Virus record (IMG/VR): IMGVR_UViG_3300037462_000290
Coordinates: 1-43,878 of that record
Strand: one strand, 5' to 3'
DNA: 43,878 nt
From: a virus
Lineage: Duplodnaviria; Caudoviricetes
Part shown: positions 16,084 through 24,610 of the stretch, one piece after another
How the letters are laid out: every line of letters begins with the position of its first letter
How positions within the stretch are numbered: position 1 is the first letter of the stretch
Notes under the pieces: generated by a model
Database searches by the model: none
What the model was told of the DNA's origin: nothing
What the model saw: only the letters and a program-made list of their open reading frames with translations
Program-made: the position numbers and the translations under genes

Positions 16084-16421
16084 GCCGCAAAGTCGCCCGC
16101 TGTCGTGCCCGTGTCAGCGAGCTGGTGGATGAGCTTGCCATCGGTGCGGCGCTGCGTCTGCGTACCGACAGCGACGACATCCGGCCGGTGGTCGAAGCCG
16201 TGGTGGCGTACCTGGTCGAGGAATACCCGAGCCAGGACCTGTACATCCCGGCCAGCGCCAGCGAGCCGCAGTACCCGGTGGCCGAGATCCGCGCGGCCCT
16301 GCAGGGCGGAAAGTCGATTCGCGCCATCTGTCGCGAGTTCCGCATGTCGCGCCGCACGCTGTATGCCGTGATCGACGCTGAAGACGGCCGCGCGACGCCG
16401 ACGGAGCAGCGCGCCGCGTAG
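16080..16421 (+). CDS. Mor/C-family transcription activator
   Basis: LVEEYPSQDLYIP (cf. the GG-x-x-YIP motif of Mor) and C-terminal HTH SIRAICREFRMSRRTLYAVI. Confidence 0.75.
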   Translation: MSRKVARCRARVSELVDELAIGAALRLRTDSDDIRPVVEAVVAYLVEEYPSQDLYIPASASEPQYPVAEIRAALQGGKSIRAICREFRMSRRTLYAVIDAEDGRATPTEQRAA

Positions 16422-16431
16422 CTCGCTCGGG

Positions 16432-16462
16432 GTGCGTCCCGTTCCCCCGAGACGGGACGCAC
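16432..16462. promoter_or_regulatory. Perfect 11-bp inverted repeat upstream of head genes
   Basis: GTGCGTCCCGT-N9-ACGGGACGCAC; no U-tract. Confidence 0.55.
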
Positions 16463-16523
16463 TTGGGTACGGAGCATGCGCATCACTCCCCGCCGGTCGC
16501 GGGGTGCGAGAGCCGCAGCCCGC

Positions 16524-16775
16524 ATGTCGAGCACCGCGCAAATCATGCTGCAGACCTACCTGGACGCCGAGGCCAAGATCCTCAAGGGCCAGTCGGTGCG
16601 CATGGGTGAGCGCATGCTGACGCTGGCTGACCTGAGCATGGTTCAGGACGGCCGCCGCGAGTGGGAAGCGAAGGTCAAGGCCGAAGCTGCCGGCGCGCAG
16701 GGCCAATCCTCGCTTTACGCGCTGGCCGACTTCAGCGGCAACGGCCACTCGCACTGCGAGGGCTTCCGCCGATGA
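16524..16775 (+). CDS. Head completion protein, gpW-like
   Basis: YLDAEAKILKGQSVRMGERMLTLADL; between terL and portal. Confidence 0.75.
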   Translation: MSSTAQIMLQTYLDAEAKILKGQSVRMGERMLTLADLSMVQDGRREWEAKVKAEAAGAQGQSSLYALADFSGNGHSHCEGFRR

Positions 16776-19700
16776 GCTGGCTGGCCCGCGCCATCGATCG
16801 CACCATCGAAACCGTGGCTCCGCTGCACGGCTTCAAGCGCGCGCAGGCGCGGCAGGCCATCGCGCTGTCGCACAAGGCTTACGACGCCGCCGACCGCAAC
16901 CGCTTCCGCGACGCCGTGCGCGACTTCGGCAGCGGCAACAACGCAGTGGTCGGCAGCGGCCTGTACGTGCGCAACATGGCGCGCCACCTCGACCGCAATC
17001 TCGACATCGTCAGCGGCGCGCTGAACACCCTGGCGCAGAACATCATCGGCGCGACCGGTGTGGGCGTGGAGCCGCAGCCGCGTAACCGCAATGGCGACGT
17101 GCTGGAAGACCTCGCCTTTCAGCTCAGCATGCTGCACACGGACTTCGCCAAGCGGCCGGAAGTCACCTGGCAGCACGATATCGGCAGCATGGATCGCCTG
17201 CTGTGCCGCACCTGGCTCCGCGACGGAGAGGTGCTGGCGCAAGAGCTGATCGGCCCGGTGCCGCTTCTCGACCACGGCACCCGCGTGCCGTACAGCCTCG
17301 AGATGATCGAGCCGGACCTGCTGCCGTGGGATCTCACCGACCCGGGCCGAGGGATCACGCAAGGGGTCCAGCGCAACGCCTGGGGGCGACCTGTCGCCTA
17401 CCACCTGTACAAGCAACACCCCGGCGACACCCTGGCCCTGGTCGGTGAGACCAAGTCGGTGCCGGCTGAGCGCGTGATGCACCTGCGCCTGGTCGACCGC
17501 ATCGGGCAGGTGCGCGGCATCAGCCTGTTGGCGTCCGTGCTCACGCGGCTCGACGACCTCAAGGACTACGAAGAGAGCGAGCGCATCGCGGCCAAGATTG
17601 CCGCGTGCTTCGCGGCCTTCATCATCAAGGGCGATCCGACGATGCTGCCGGAGGGTGCGCCTGATCGCGACCGCACCGCACGCCTCGCGCCCGGCATGGT
17701 GTTCGACAGCCTGCGCCCCGGCGAGTCCGTCGGCACGGTCGACACCAACCGCCCGAACCCGAACCTCGAAGGCTGGCGCAACGGCCAGCTGCGCGCCGCG
17801 GCCTCGGGCATGCGCATCAGCTTCAGCGCGCTGGCCAAGAACTACAACGGCACCTACAGCGCCCAGCGGCAAGAGCTGGTGGAGCAGTACGGCGCCTACG
17901 GCGTGCTCGGCTACGAGTTCATCAGCGCGATCGCGCGCCGCCGCTATGAGCGCTTCGCCGCCGTCGCCCTGGCCACGCCTGGCCTGCTGCGCGTGCCCGC
18001 CGACTTCGACCCCGCCAGCATCGGCGACGCCATGTACGCGCTGCCGCAGATGCCGTGGATCAACCCGCTGCACGAGGCCGAGGCCATGGCCGTGCTGGAA
18101 GAGCACACCTACATGTCCGGGCCCGAAATCATCCGCCGCCGTGGCGCCAACCCGCGCGACGTGCTCGATCAGCAATCCGCGTGGATCGCCCGCAAGCGCC
18201 AGTGGGGAATCCCCGACGCGAACGCCGGCGGCTCCGCGCCGCCCCCGGAGACCAACATGACCCCGCCCAACGCCTCCGCGCGCCACCGCACCAGCCATCT
18301 CGCGGCCGAAGCATCGGCCAGTACCGCCGAAGCCAAGCGCGGCGTGCTGCGAGCCACCGCGCTCGCCGCCGGCGCCGAAGTGCTGATCTACGGCCCCATC
18401 GGCGCCAGCTTCTGGGATGAAGGCGTCACCGTCCAGGCGGTCGCCGCGCAGCTCAAAAGCGCTCCGGCAGGCGATGTGCGCGTGCGCATCAACAGCGACG
18501 GCGGCTTCGTCAGCGAAGGCGTTGCCATCCACAACATCCTGCGTGAGTCCGGCCGCCGCATCGTGGTCGAGATCGAAGGCGTCGCTGCCAGCATCGCCAG
18601 CCTGATCGCCATGGCTGGTGATGAAGTCCGGATCTATCCGAACGCCTCGATGATGATCCACACGCCCAAGGCCGGGCAGTTCGGCTCGCCCGAGGAAATG
18701 GACGATGCCGCTGCTTACTTGCGCGTGCAGCGCGAGGCCATGGCGCAGAGCTACGCGCGCAAGACCGGCCGGCCTGCCGCCGAGTTCATCGACCTGATGG
18801 CCGACGGCCGCGACCACTGGTACACGGCCGCCCAGGCGATCGAGGCCAAGCTCGCCGACACGCTCATCGATGGCAGCCCCGAAGCGCTCGACGCCAGCGT
18901 CGCCGCGGCTGCGCTCATCGGCTACGTCAACGCGATCAGCAAGGCGCCGGAAGCACCGCGTGCCCAGCTGCACGCGCACATCAATTCGGCCTGCTCCCTG
19001 GCCGCTTTCGCCTCGCTCAGCGAGGACTACCAGCGCTCCGTTCTGGAGCACATCGAGGACCCGACCATGCGTACGCAGTTGGTGAATGCAATGGCGGCTG
19101 CCGCAGGCGGCCAGCCCACTCCCGCCCCGACCCCTGCGCCGACTCCGGCGCCTGCAGCTGCTGCACCGGCCCCTGCCGCCGTGGCGGCCGCCCCGCAGCC
19201 TCCCGTCGCTGCCGATGCCACCGCCGCGGCCAATGCCGCCATCGCGGCCATCCAGCAGCGCAACAACAACATCCGCGGCGTGTTCGCCGGCTTCCGCGAG
19301 ATGCAGGGCGTCGCCCAGCTCGAAGCCGAAGTGCTCGCAGATCCGACCGTGAGCCTGGAACAGGCGCAGGCCCGTCTGCTGGCGCGCGTCGGTCAGGGCT
19401 CGCCCGTTCAGGGCACTGCCGGCGGCCGCGTCGAAATGGGCGCGGATGAGCGCGACAAGCTGCGCGCCTCGGCGTCGAATCTGCTGCTGGCGCGCACCAA
19501 CATCATCACCGGCGCCGAAGCCGATGCCGCCCGCCAGGGCAACCCGTTCGGCAGCATGTCGCTGACCGCCATCGCCGAGAGCCTGCTGCAGCGCTCGGGC
19601 GTGAACACCCGCGACCTGACGCGCGAGCAGATCGCCAAGCAGGCGCTGGCGAGCCAGACCACCAGCGACTTCGTCATCGTGCTTGAGAACGCGATGCACA

Positions 19701-20551
19701 AGATGGTGGTGGCGGGCTATCGCGCCTCGCAGTTCACCTGGTCGCGTTTCTGCCGTGTCGGCACGCTGAGCGACTACCGCCCGCACAACCGCTACTACCT
19801 GTCGAGCTTCAGCGACATCAAGGAAGTCAACGAGAAGGGCGAGTACGAAGACGGCGTGCTGGGCGATGCCGTCAAGGAAGTCATCACCGCCAAGCGCAAG
19901 GGCCGCATCCTGCAGGTCACCCCGGAAGTCATCGTCAATGACGACCTCGGCTTCATCCAGCAGGCCGCGAGCGCGCTGGGCCTGGCCGCTGGCCGCACCA
20001 TCGAGAAGGACGTGTACGCCCTGTTCGCGCTGAACAGCGGCAACGGCCCGACCATGTCGGACGGCAAGGCCCTGTTCCACGTCGACCACGGCAACATCGC
20101 CGCTACTGCCGCTGTTCCGACCGTCGCCAGCTTGGATGCGGCGCGTGTGCAACTGGCCCTGCAGAAGGACCCGGCCGGCAACGACTTCCTCGACATCACG
20201 CCAGCGCTGTGGCTGGGCCCGCTGGGCCTCGGCGGAACGGCGCGCACGGTGATCGGCGCCGAGTACGACCCCGACACCAACAACAAGCTGCAGCGCCCGA
20301 ACATCGTGCGGAACATGGTGCGCGACATCATCGACACACCGCGCCTGTCCGGCACTGCTTGGTATCTGCTGGCCGATGCCAACCTCGAGCCGACGTTCGA
20401 AGTCGGCTTCCTCGACGGCGTGCAGACGCCGACCCTCGAGCCGGAAACCAACTTCCGCACCGATGGCGTCGCCTGGAAGGTCTCGCACCGCTACGGCGTG
20501 GCCGCCATCGGCTACCGCGGCATCGTCAAGAACGCCGGCACCGGCGGCTGA
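16772..20551 (+). CDS. Single frame encoding lambda-family portal + ClpP-type head protease + scaffold + major capsid protein (1,259 aa)
   Basis: Portal motifs (AYDAA, ARHLDRN, RDGE, GRPVAYH, GQVRGIS, NYNGTYSAQRQ, PWINP); ClpP motifs (IYGPIG, INSDGG, GVAASIAS, MMIH); AP-rich linker; capsid (TTSDF, IVNDDLG, GFLDG, YGVAAIGYRG). No in-frame stop. Internal RBS+ATG at 18257 and 19067. Confidence 0.9.
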   Translation: MSWLARAIDRTIETVAPLHGFKRAQARQAIALSHKAYDAADRNRFRDAVRDFGSGNNAVVGSGLYVRNMARHLDRNLDIVSGALNTLAQNIIGATGVGVEPQPRNRNGDVLEDLAFQLSMLHTDFAKRPEVTWQHDIGSMDRLLCRTWLRDGEVLAQELIGPVPLLDHGTRVPYSLEMIEPDLLPWDLTDPGRGITQGVQRNAWGRPVAYHLYKQHPGDTLALVGETKSVPAERVMHLRLVDRIGQVRGISLLASVLTRLDDLKDYEESERIAAKIAACFAAFIIKGDPTMLPEGAPDRDRTARLAPGMVFDSLRPGESVGTVDTNRPNPNLEGWRNGQLRAAASGMRISFSALAKNYNGTYSAQRQELVEQYGAYGVLGYEFISAIARRRYERFAAVALATPGLLRVPADFDPASIGDAMYALPQMPWINPLHEAEAMAVLEEHTYMSGPEIIRRRGANPRDVLDQQSAWIARKRQWGIPDANAGGSAPPPETNMTPPNASARHRTSHLAAEASASTAEAKRGVLRATALAAGAEVLIYGPIGASFWDEGVTVQAVAAQLKSAPAGDVRVRINSDGGFVSEGVAIHNILRESGRRIVVEIEGVAASIASLIAMAGDEVRIYPNASMMIHTPKAGQFGSPEEMDDAAAYLRVQREAMAQSYARKTGRPAAEFIDLMADGRDHWYTAAQAIEAKLADTLIDGSPEALDASVAAAALIGYVNAISKAPEAPRAQLHAHINSACSLAAFASLSEDYQRSVLEHIEDPTMRTQLVNAMAAAAGGQPTPAPTPAPTPAPAAAAPAPAAVAAAPQPPVAADATAAANAAIAAIQQRNNNIRGVFAGFREMQGVAQLEAEVLADPTVSLEQAQARLLARVGQGSPVQGTAGGRVEMGADERDKLRASASNLLLARTNIITGAEADAARQGNPFGSMSLTAIAESLLQRSGVNTRDLTREQIAKQALASQTTSDFVIVLENAMHKMVVAGYRASQFTWSRFCRVGTLSDYRPHNRYYLSSFSDIKEVNEKGEYEDGVLGDAVKEVITAKRKGRILQVTPEVIVNDDLGFIQQAASALGLAAGRTIEKDVYALFALNSGNGPTMSDGKALFHVDHGNIAATAAVPTVASLDAARVQLALQKDPAGNDFLDITPALWLGPLGLGGTARTVIGAEYDPDTNNKLQRPNIVRNMVRDIIDTPRLSGTAWYLLADANLEPTFEVGFLDGVQTPTLEPETNFRTDGVAWKVSHRYGVAAIGYRGIVKNAGTGG

Positions 20552-20583
20552 TCCCGGCCTGACCTGACCACCCCATAGCCAAC

Positions 20584-20606
20584 GCCCGGCCGAAACCCGG
20601 CCGGGC
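20584..20606 (+). other. GC hairpin after the capsid gene
   Basis: GCCCGGCCG-AAACC-CGGCCGGGC. Confidence 0.5.
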
Positions 20607-20627
20607 ACCCCCAAGAGGACAAGTGTC

Positions 20628-21008
20628 ATGGCAAAGAACTATGTGGCGCCCGGGGACACCATGCCCTGGACCAACACCACCGGCGCGACGGTGACGTCTG
20701 GCCAGCTGCTCGCCATCGGCCACATCGCGGCCGTTGCGCTGACCACCATCACCAACGGCGCGACCGGAACGGTCGGCATCGAAGGCATCTACGACGTGCC
20801 CAAGGTTGCAGCGGCAACTTTCACTGCCGGCGAAAAGCTGATCCTGGACGTGTCCGCCAACGGCGGCCTCGGCGCCTTCGACGACAGCGCGGCCCCGCCG
20901 GCCAGCGGTGACCTGACGGGTGCAGCCATCGCGGTCAACCCGGGTCTCAACACTGAGACCACCTGCCGCGTGAAGCTCACTCCCGGCAACGCGACGAAGA
21001 CCGCGTAA
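20628..21008 (+). CDS. DUF2190-like capsid cement/decoration protein
   Basis: MAKNYVAPG...VTSG...GIYDVPK...CRVKL directly after a protease-capsid fusion. Confidence 0.8.
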   Translation: MAKNYVAPGDTMPWTNTTGATVTSGQLLAIGHIAAVALTTITNGATGTVGIEGIYDVPKVAAATFTAGEKLILDVSANGGLGAFDDSAAPPASGDLTGAAIAVNPGLNTETTCRVKLTPGNATKTA

Positions 21009-21019
21009 ACCCCCGAACC

Positions 21020-21045
21020 GCATCGCCCGGTTCGCCGGGCGGTGC
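21020..21045 (+). terminator. UUCG-tetraloop hairpin after head genes
   Basis: GCATCGCCCGG-TTCG-CCGGGCGGTGC; lacks a U-tract, so may be an mRNA stabiliser. Confidence 0.45.
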
Positions 21046-21074
21046 GTCCGCCCTTGCCCTGAGTCTGCCCGCCC

Positions 21075-21461
21075 ATGACTGCACTGCAGTGGATCTCCGC
21101 CATCGGTTCCGTCGCCACGTTGCTGGTCATCGTGTTCGGTGCCTGCTGGTGGGTGGTGCGGCATTCGATGAGCGTGCAGCGGTTTGCGCTGGAGAGCATC
21201 AGCGCGCTGCAGGCCCGCATCGCCGCGCTCGAGCTGCAGGCCATCAACCGCGATGGGCTGGACAGCGCGCTCGAAAAGGCGCTGTCGAAGGTGATGCAGC
21301 AGATCGAGCGGCGGCTGGACGGCATGGAAGACGGCCTCAAGGCTGCGACCCGCGACCTGCACCAGGTGCGTCTTGATGTCGCGATCTTGAAGGACCGCGA
21401 AGGCGGCACCGATTACAGCGAGCGCAACCGCGCGCTGATGGAGGCCTTGCGCAATGGCTGA
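21075..21461 (+). CDS. Membrane-anchored coiled-coil protein (holin/antiholin-like position)
   Basis: N-terminal TM then coiled coil. Confidence 0.65.
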   Translation: MTALQWISAIGSVATLLVIVFGACWWVVRHSMSVQRFALESISALQARIAALELQAINRDGLDSALEKALSKVMQQIERRLDGMEDGLKAATRDLHQVRLDVAILKDREGGTDYSERNRALMEALRNG

Positions 21462-21780
21462 CTTGGGCGCGCCACCCCCGAGCGACACGCTGGAGCGCAT
21501 CAGCGCCATCACCCGTGCCCTGGGCGTGGGCGGCAGCAATGCCAGCGTGCAGGTGCACCTCAACGCCGGGGGCCTGGGCGTGATCGTGGCGGCTGGCTGC
21601 TGCGCGCTGATGTTCGTGCTGTCGCTGTTCCTGCTGCTGCTGGTTTTCGAGTCGCGCATGCACCTGCGCGAGCACGGCCATCAGCTCAACGCGATCTACC
21701 GCGTCGCCCCCAGTGTCGAGCGCGAGGTGCGCGCCCGGCTTGAAGAAGACGCCCGCCTGCGCGCGCAGGCATCGGAGTAA
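21454..21780 (+). CDS. Single-TM membrane protein
   Basis: VIVAAGCCALMFVLSLFLLLLVF helix. Confidence 0.6.
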   Translation: MADLGAPPPSDTLERISAITRALGVGGSNASVQVHLNAGGLGVIVAAGCCALMFVLSLFLLLLVFESRMHLREHGHQLNAIYRVAPSVEREVRARLEEDARLRAQASE

Positions 21781-21786
21781 GCGGCT

Positions 21787-22224
21787 ATGTCCACCCCGAT
21801 CATCCTCGACCCGGATCCCGAAGAGACCGAACTGGTCAGCCGCAGCGGCTGGTCGGCCTACCCGAACTTCACGCGCGCCGAGTTCGCCTGCAAGCACACC
21901 GGCGCCTGCCACATGCGCCGCGACTTCATGGCCACGCTGCAGCGCATCCGCGCCGACTTCGGGCCGATGCGCATCACCAGCGGCTACCGCCACCCCACGC
22001 ACCCGGTCGAGGCCCGCAAGGGCCACACCACCGGGGAGCACACGCAGGGCGCGGCGTGCGACGTGGCGGTGAGCGGCGCCGACGCGCTGCGCCTGATCCA
22101 GATCGCCACGCGCCACGGCATTACCCGCATCGGCGTGGCGCAGAAAGGACCGCAGAACACGCGCTTCATCCACCTCGGCCTGGGCGGGCGCGGCCTCGCC
22201 TCGCCGGCGATCTGGAGCTACTGA
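21787..22224 (+). CDS. Endolysin, peptidase M15 family
   Basis: NFTRAEFACK, ITSGYR, H-x6-D (HTQGAACD), FIHLG zinc-peptidase motifs. Confidence 0.88.
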   Translation: MSTPIILDPDPEETELVSRSGWSAYPNFTRAEFACKHTGACHMRRDFMATLQRIRADFGPMRITSGYRHPTHPVEARKGHTTGEHTQGAACDVAVSGADALRLIQIATRHGITRIGVAQKGPQNTRFIHLGLGGRGLASPAIWSY

Positions 22225-22225
22225 C

Positions 22226-22603
22226 ATGCAGCCCGTGACCGGCTACATCCGCACCGGCGAGCGTATCCCCAACACCGACCGCCGCTTTGGCGCCGCGTTG
22301 GAGTACGTGGTTGCCCACCTGCTGCAGCCTGGGCAGGACCCGCAGGCGCTGCTGTTCACCGTCGAGCAGCTGCGCGACGCGGTCGACCGGGCCAAGACCA
22401 ACCCCGAAGACTGCCCGCCGTTCGAGCCCGAGCAGGTGCGCATCGATCGCGCGGTGGCGATCGCGCGGAAGGATGAGCGGGCGTTGGTCACTGCGGCGCT
22501 CAAGGCAGAGCGTGCGCTTGAGAAGCGCCGCGCGAGCTGGATCGGATGGGCAATCGGGACCATGTCTGCGCTGGTTGGTGTGGGACTCGGGGTGCTGCTG
22601 TGA
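22226..22603 (+). CDS. Hypothetical protein with C-terminal TM anchor
   Basis: 125 aa ending WIGWAIGTMSALVGVGLGVLL. Confidence 0.6.
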   Translation: MQPVTGYIRTGERIPNTDRRFGAALEYVVAHLLQPGQDPQALLFTVEQLRDAVDRAKTNPEDCPPFEPEQVRIDRAVAIARKDERALVTAALKAERALEKRRASWIGWAIGTMSALVGVGLGVLL

Positions 22604-22965
22604 TCCGCGCCGCCTGGGATCTGCTGCTGCACATCGCCGGCACGGCCCCCGTGTGGGTCGGCCCGATGGTGCTGGCGTGGCTGATCTCCGTTGGCGCCAC
22701 GCAGGCCATCAAGCCGTGGCTGCCCGAGAGCCTCAACGACCGCAGCCGCCACCGCGCCACGCAGGGCATCGCCCTGGGCTTCGGGCTCGCCACTTCCTAC
22801 GCCCTGTGGCCGGTCGAGCTGGACTGGCGCACCGGTGCTGCCGTCGGTGGCGCCGTGGGCCTGTGGGGCCCGGTCAGCTACGCCCTGTTCCGTCGCATTG
22901 CCGAACACCGCTGGCCCTGGCTGCGCGAGCGCCTGAGCGGCGACCGCCCCAACCTCGAGGACTGA
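22600..22965 (+). CDS. Holin-like multi-TM protein
   Basis: GTG start overlapping the previous stop; about three hydrophobic segments and a charged C-terminus. Confidence 0.6.
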   Translation: MIRAAWDLLLHIAGTAPVWVGPMVLAWLISVGATQAIKPWLPESLNDRSRHRATQGIALGFGLATSYALWPVELDWRTGAAVGGAVGLWGPVSYALFRRIAEHRWPWLRERLSGDRPNLED

Positions 22966-22969
22966 CCCT

Positions 22970-23716
22970 ATGCGCACCCTGATCACCCTGCTGCTGCTCT
23001 CCGCGCTGCTGCTGCTCAGCGGCTGCGCCACCACCGGCGAGGCTGCGTTCTACGCACGGCAGGAAGCCGCCGAGCAGGCCCGCGCCGTGCGCATGGCCGC
23101 ACTGGCCGACACCAGTGCCTGCAACGGCGACGCGACCTGCGTGGTCGCCGCCAAGGGCTTCGCCGCGATGGCCGAACTCGGCGGTGGCAGCGCCCAGCCG
23201 CAGCAGTACGTGCCGCAGCCCAGCACCGCTGCCCGCGTGGGCCTTGCGCTCATCGGCCAGCTCAGCCCGCTGGCATCTGCCGCCGTCGCCTGGCGCAGCA
23301 GCGACAACAGCGTACGCACGGCCGAAGCGCAGTTCGGGTTTCTCGGCGGCGTGGTCGAAAGCGTGAGCAACGCAAGTGCCCGCAGCAACGAAGCCGCGTT
23401 CGCGGTGCTGCCGCAGCTTGCGCCGCGTATCGACGTCAACGGTCACTACGTCACGGGCACCCAGACGATCGTCGGCGGCAACTACGGTGACACCGCCGGC
23501 AACGACATGTGGGGCGACCAGAACCGCGTCGGCGCCGAGATCACCACGGGTGCGATCAACACCGGCGTGCAGATCCGCAACCGCGGCAACCTCGGCGACG
23601 GCAACCGCCAGAACAGCCCAGACGACAACAGCACCACCTGCGAGGGCCCGGGGTGCCAGGGCGTCAACCGCCCGATCACCAACCCGCTGCCCGATCCGGA
23701 AGAGGACGAAGGCTGA
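22970..23716 (+). CDS. Lipoprotein of unknown function
   Basis: MRTLITLLLLSALLLLSG-C lipobox; Gly/Asn-rich C-terminal half; two Cys pairs. Confidence 0.75.
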   Translation: MRTLITLLLLSALLLLSGCATTGEAAFYARQEAAEQARAVRMAALADTSACNGDATCVVAAKGFAAMAELGGGSAQPQQYVPQPSTAARVGLALIGQLSPLASAAVAWRSSDNSVRTAEAQFGFLGGVVESVSNASARSNEAAFAVLPQLAPRIDVNGHYVTGTQTIVGGNYGDTAGNDMWGDQNRVGAEITTGAINTGVQIRNRGNLGDGNRQNSPDDNSTTCEGPGCQGVNRPITNPLPDPEEDEG

Positions 23717-24120
23717 TGTTCGGGCTCGGCGTCACCGCCAAGGTGCTCGGCATCGCCGTCGCCCTGCAGCTCGCCACCCTCGCCGGCTGGTGGCTGCATG
23801 TCAGCACCGTGCGCGCGGACAACACGCAGACCGCGACCGACCTGGGTGCGTGCCAGTCGGCGCGCGACACGGCGGTCGCCGAGAACGCCGAATGGGAAAC
23901 CGGCGCGCTCGAAGCCCAGCGCGGCCTCGCCCAGTGCCAGGCGCAGTGGGCTGAGGCCAAGGCCGACGCCGAGTTCCACGCCGCTGCCGCCGCCGAGCAC
24001 CGCCGCAATGCCGTCCGCTGGGCCGAGGCCTTTGCCGGCCGCTACGCGGGCAAGACCGCCCAATGCGCCGCCGCGCTGCAGGCGCTGGATCCGGCCTGCC
24101 CTGAGTTGGAGGGGTACTGA
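23716..24120 (+). CDS. Rz-like inner-membrane spanin
   Basis: N-terminal TM, long Ala-rich coiled coil, C-terminal cysteines. Confidence 0.65.
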   Translation: MFGLGVTAKVLGIAVALQLATLAGWWLHVSTVRADNTQTATDLGACQSARDTAVAENAEWETGALEAQRGLAQCQAQWAEAKADAEFHAAAAAEHRRNAVRWAEAFAGRYAGKTAQCAAALQALDPACPELEGY

Positions 24121-24346
24121 CATGGTCCAAGAACGCGACCCGCTGCCAGCCGCCCCGCCTGTAGTTGAGGACTGGGTCCGTAGCTTCGTAGCGCCACCTC
24201 CGCTATCCGACAGGGAGATCGCGGCCGCGCGTGCCCGCGCCGAACTCCTCAAGCGCGAGCCGTGGCGAGATCCCACTTCCGAGCACTACGACCCGCTGAG
24301 GGTGGCCCGTGCCGATCGCCCCGACCATTTTCTCGGCGCCAGCAAA

Positions 24347-24610
24347 ATGGTCGCCGCCGTCGTAGTGCTGGCCCTCACCGCCTGCACGCCCGACCCGGTC
24401 TACATCACCCGCCCGGTCTACATCGACCGCGTGCAGCAGGTGGTGCAGCCGATCCCGGCCGAGCTGCTGCAGCCGCACGCCATCGCCGAGGGCCTGCCCA
24501 GCCAGTGCCCCAGCATCGCCGCGCAGCGCCGCGCTGAGCTCGAAGCCTGCAACGCCGACAAAGCCGCCATCCGCGCCATCGCTGGCGCGAAGGAGCAGGG
24601 CGATGAGTAA
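24347..24610 (+). CDS. Rz1-like outer-membrane spanin lipoprotein (frame open from ATG 24122)
   Basis: VVVLALTA-C lipobox; IPAELLQP and ELEACNADKAAIR are typical of o-spanins. Confidence 0.7.
   Translation: MVAAVVVLALTACTPDPVYITRPVYIDRVQQVVQPIPAELLQPHAIAEGLPSQCPSIAAQRRAELEACNADKAAIRAIAGAKEQGDE

Noticed and set aside
19110-19250. Pro/Ala low-complexity tandem repeats
   Set aside because: Ordinary flexible linker in the scaffold segment before the capsid domain.
16715-20629. 1,304-aa minus-strand ORF opposite the head gene, and similar long antisense ORFs (14344-15876, 27063-28898, 31479-34763, 40333-42393)
   Set aside because: They mirror the frame of real genes; high GC3 codon usage removes antisense stops, and the translations show no motifs.
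21041-21049. GGTGCGTCC matching the half-site of the 16432 dyad
   Set aside because: A single 9-bp half-site overlapping a hairpin arm; the same string also occurs inside a gene near 42508, so chance is likely.
22970-22984. Identical ATGCGCACCCTGATC start shared with the gene at 38268
   Set aside because: Common signal-peptide opening (MRTLI) written in preferred codons; similarity does not extend further.
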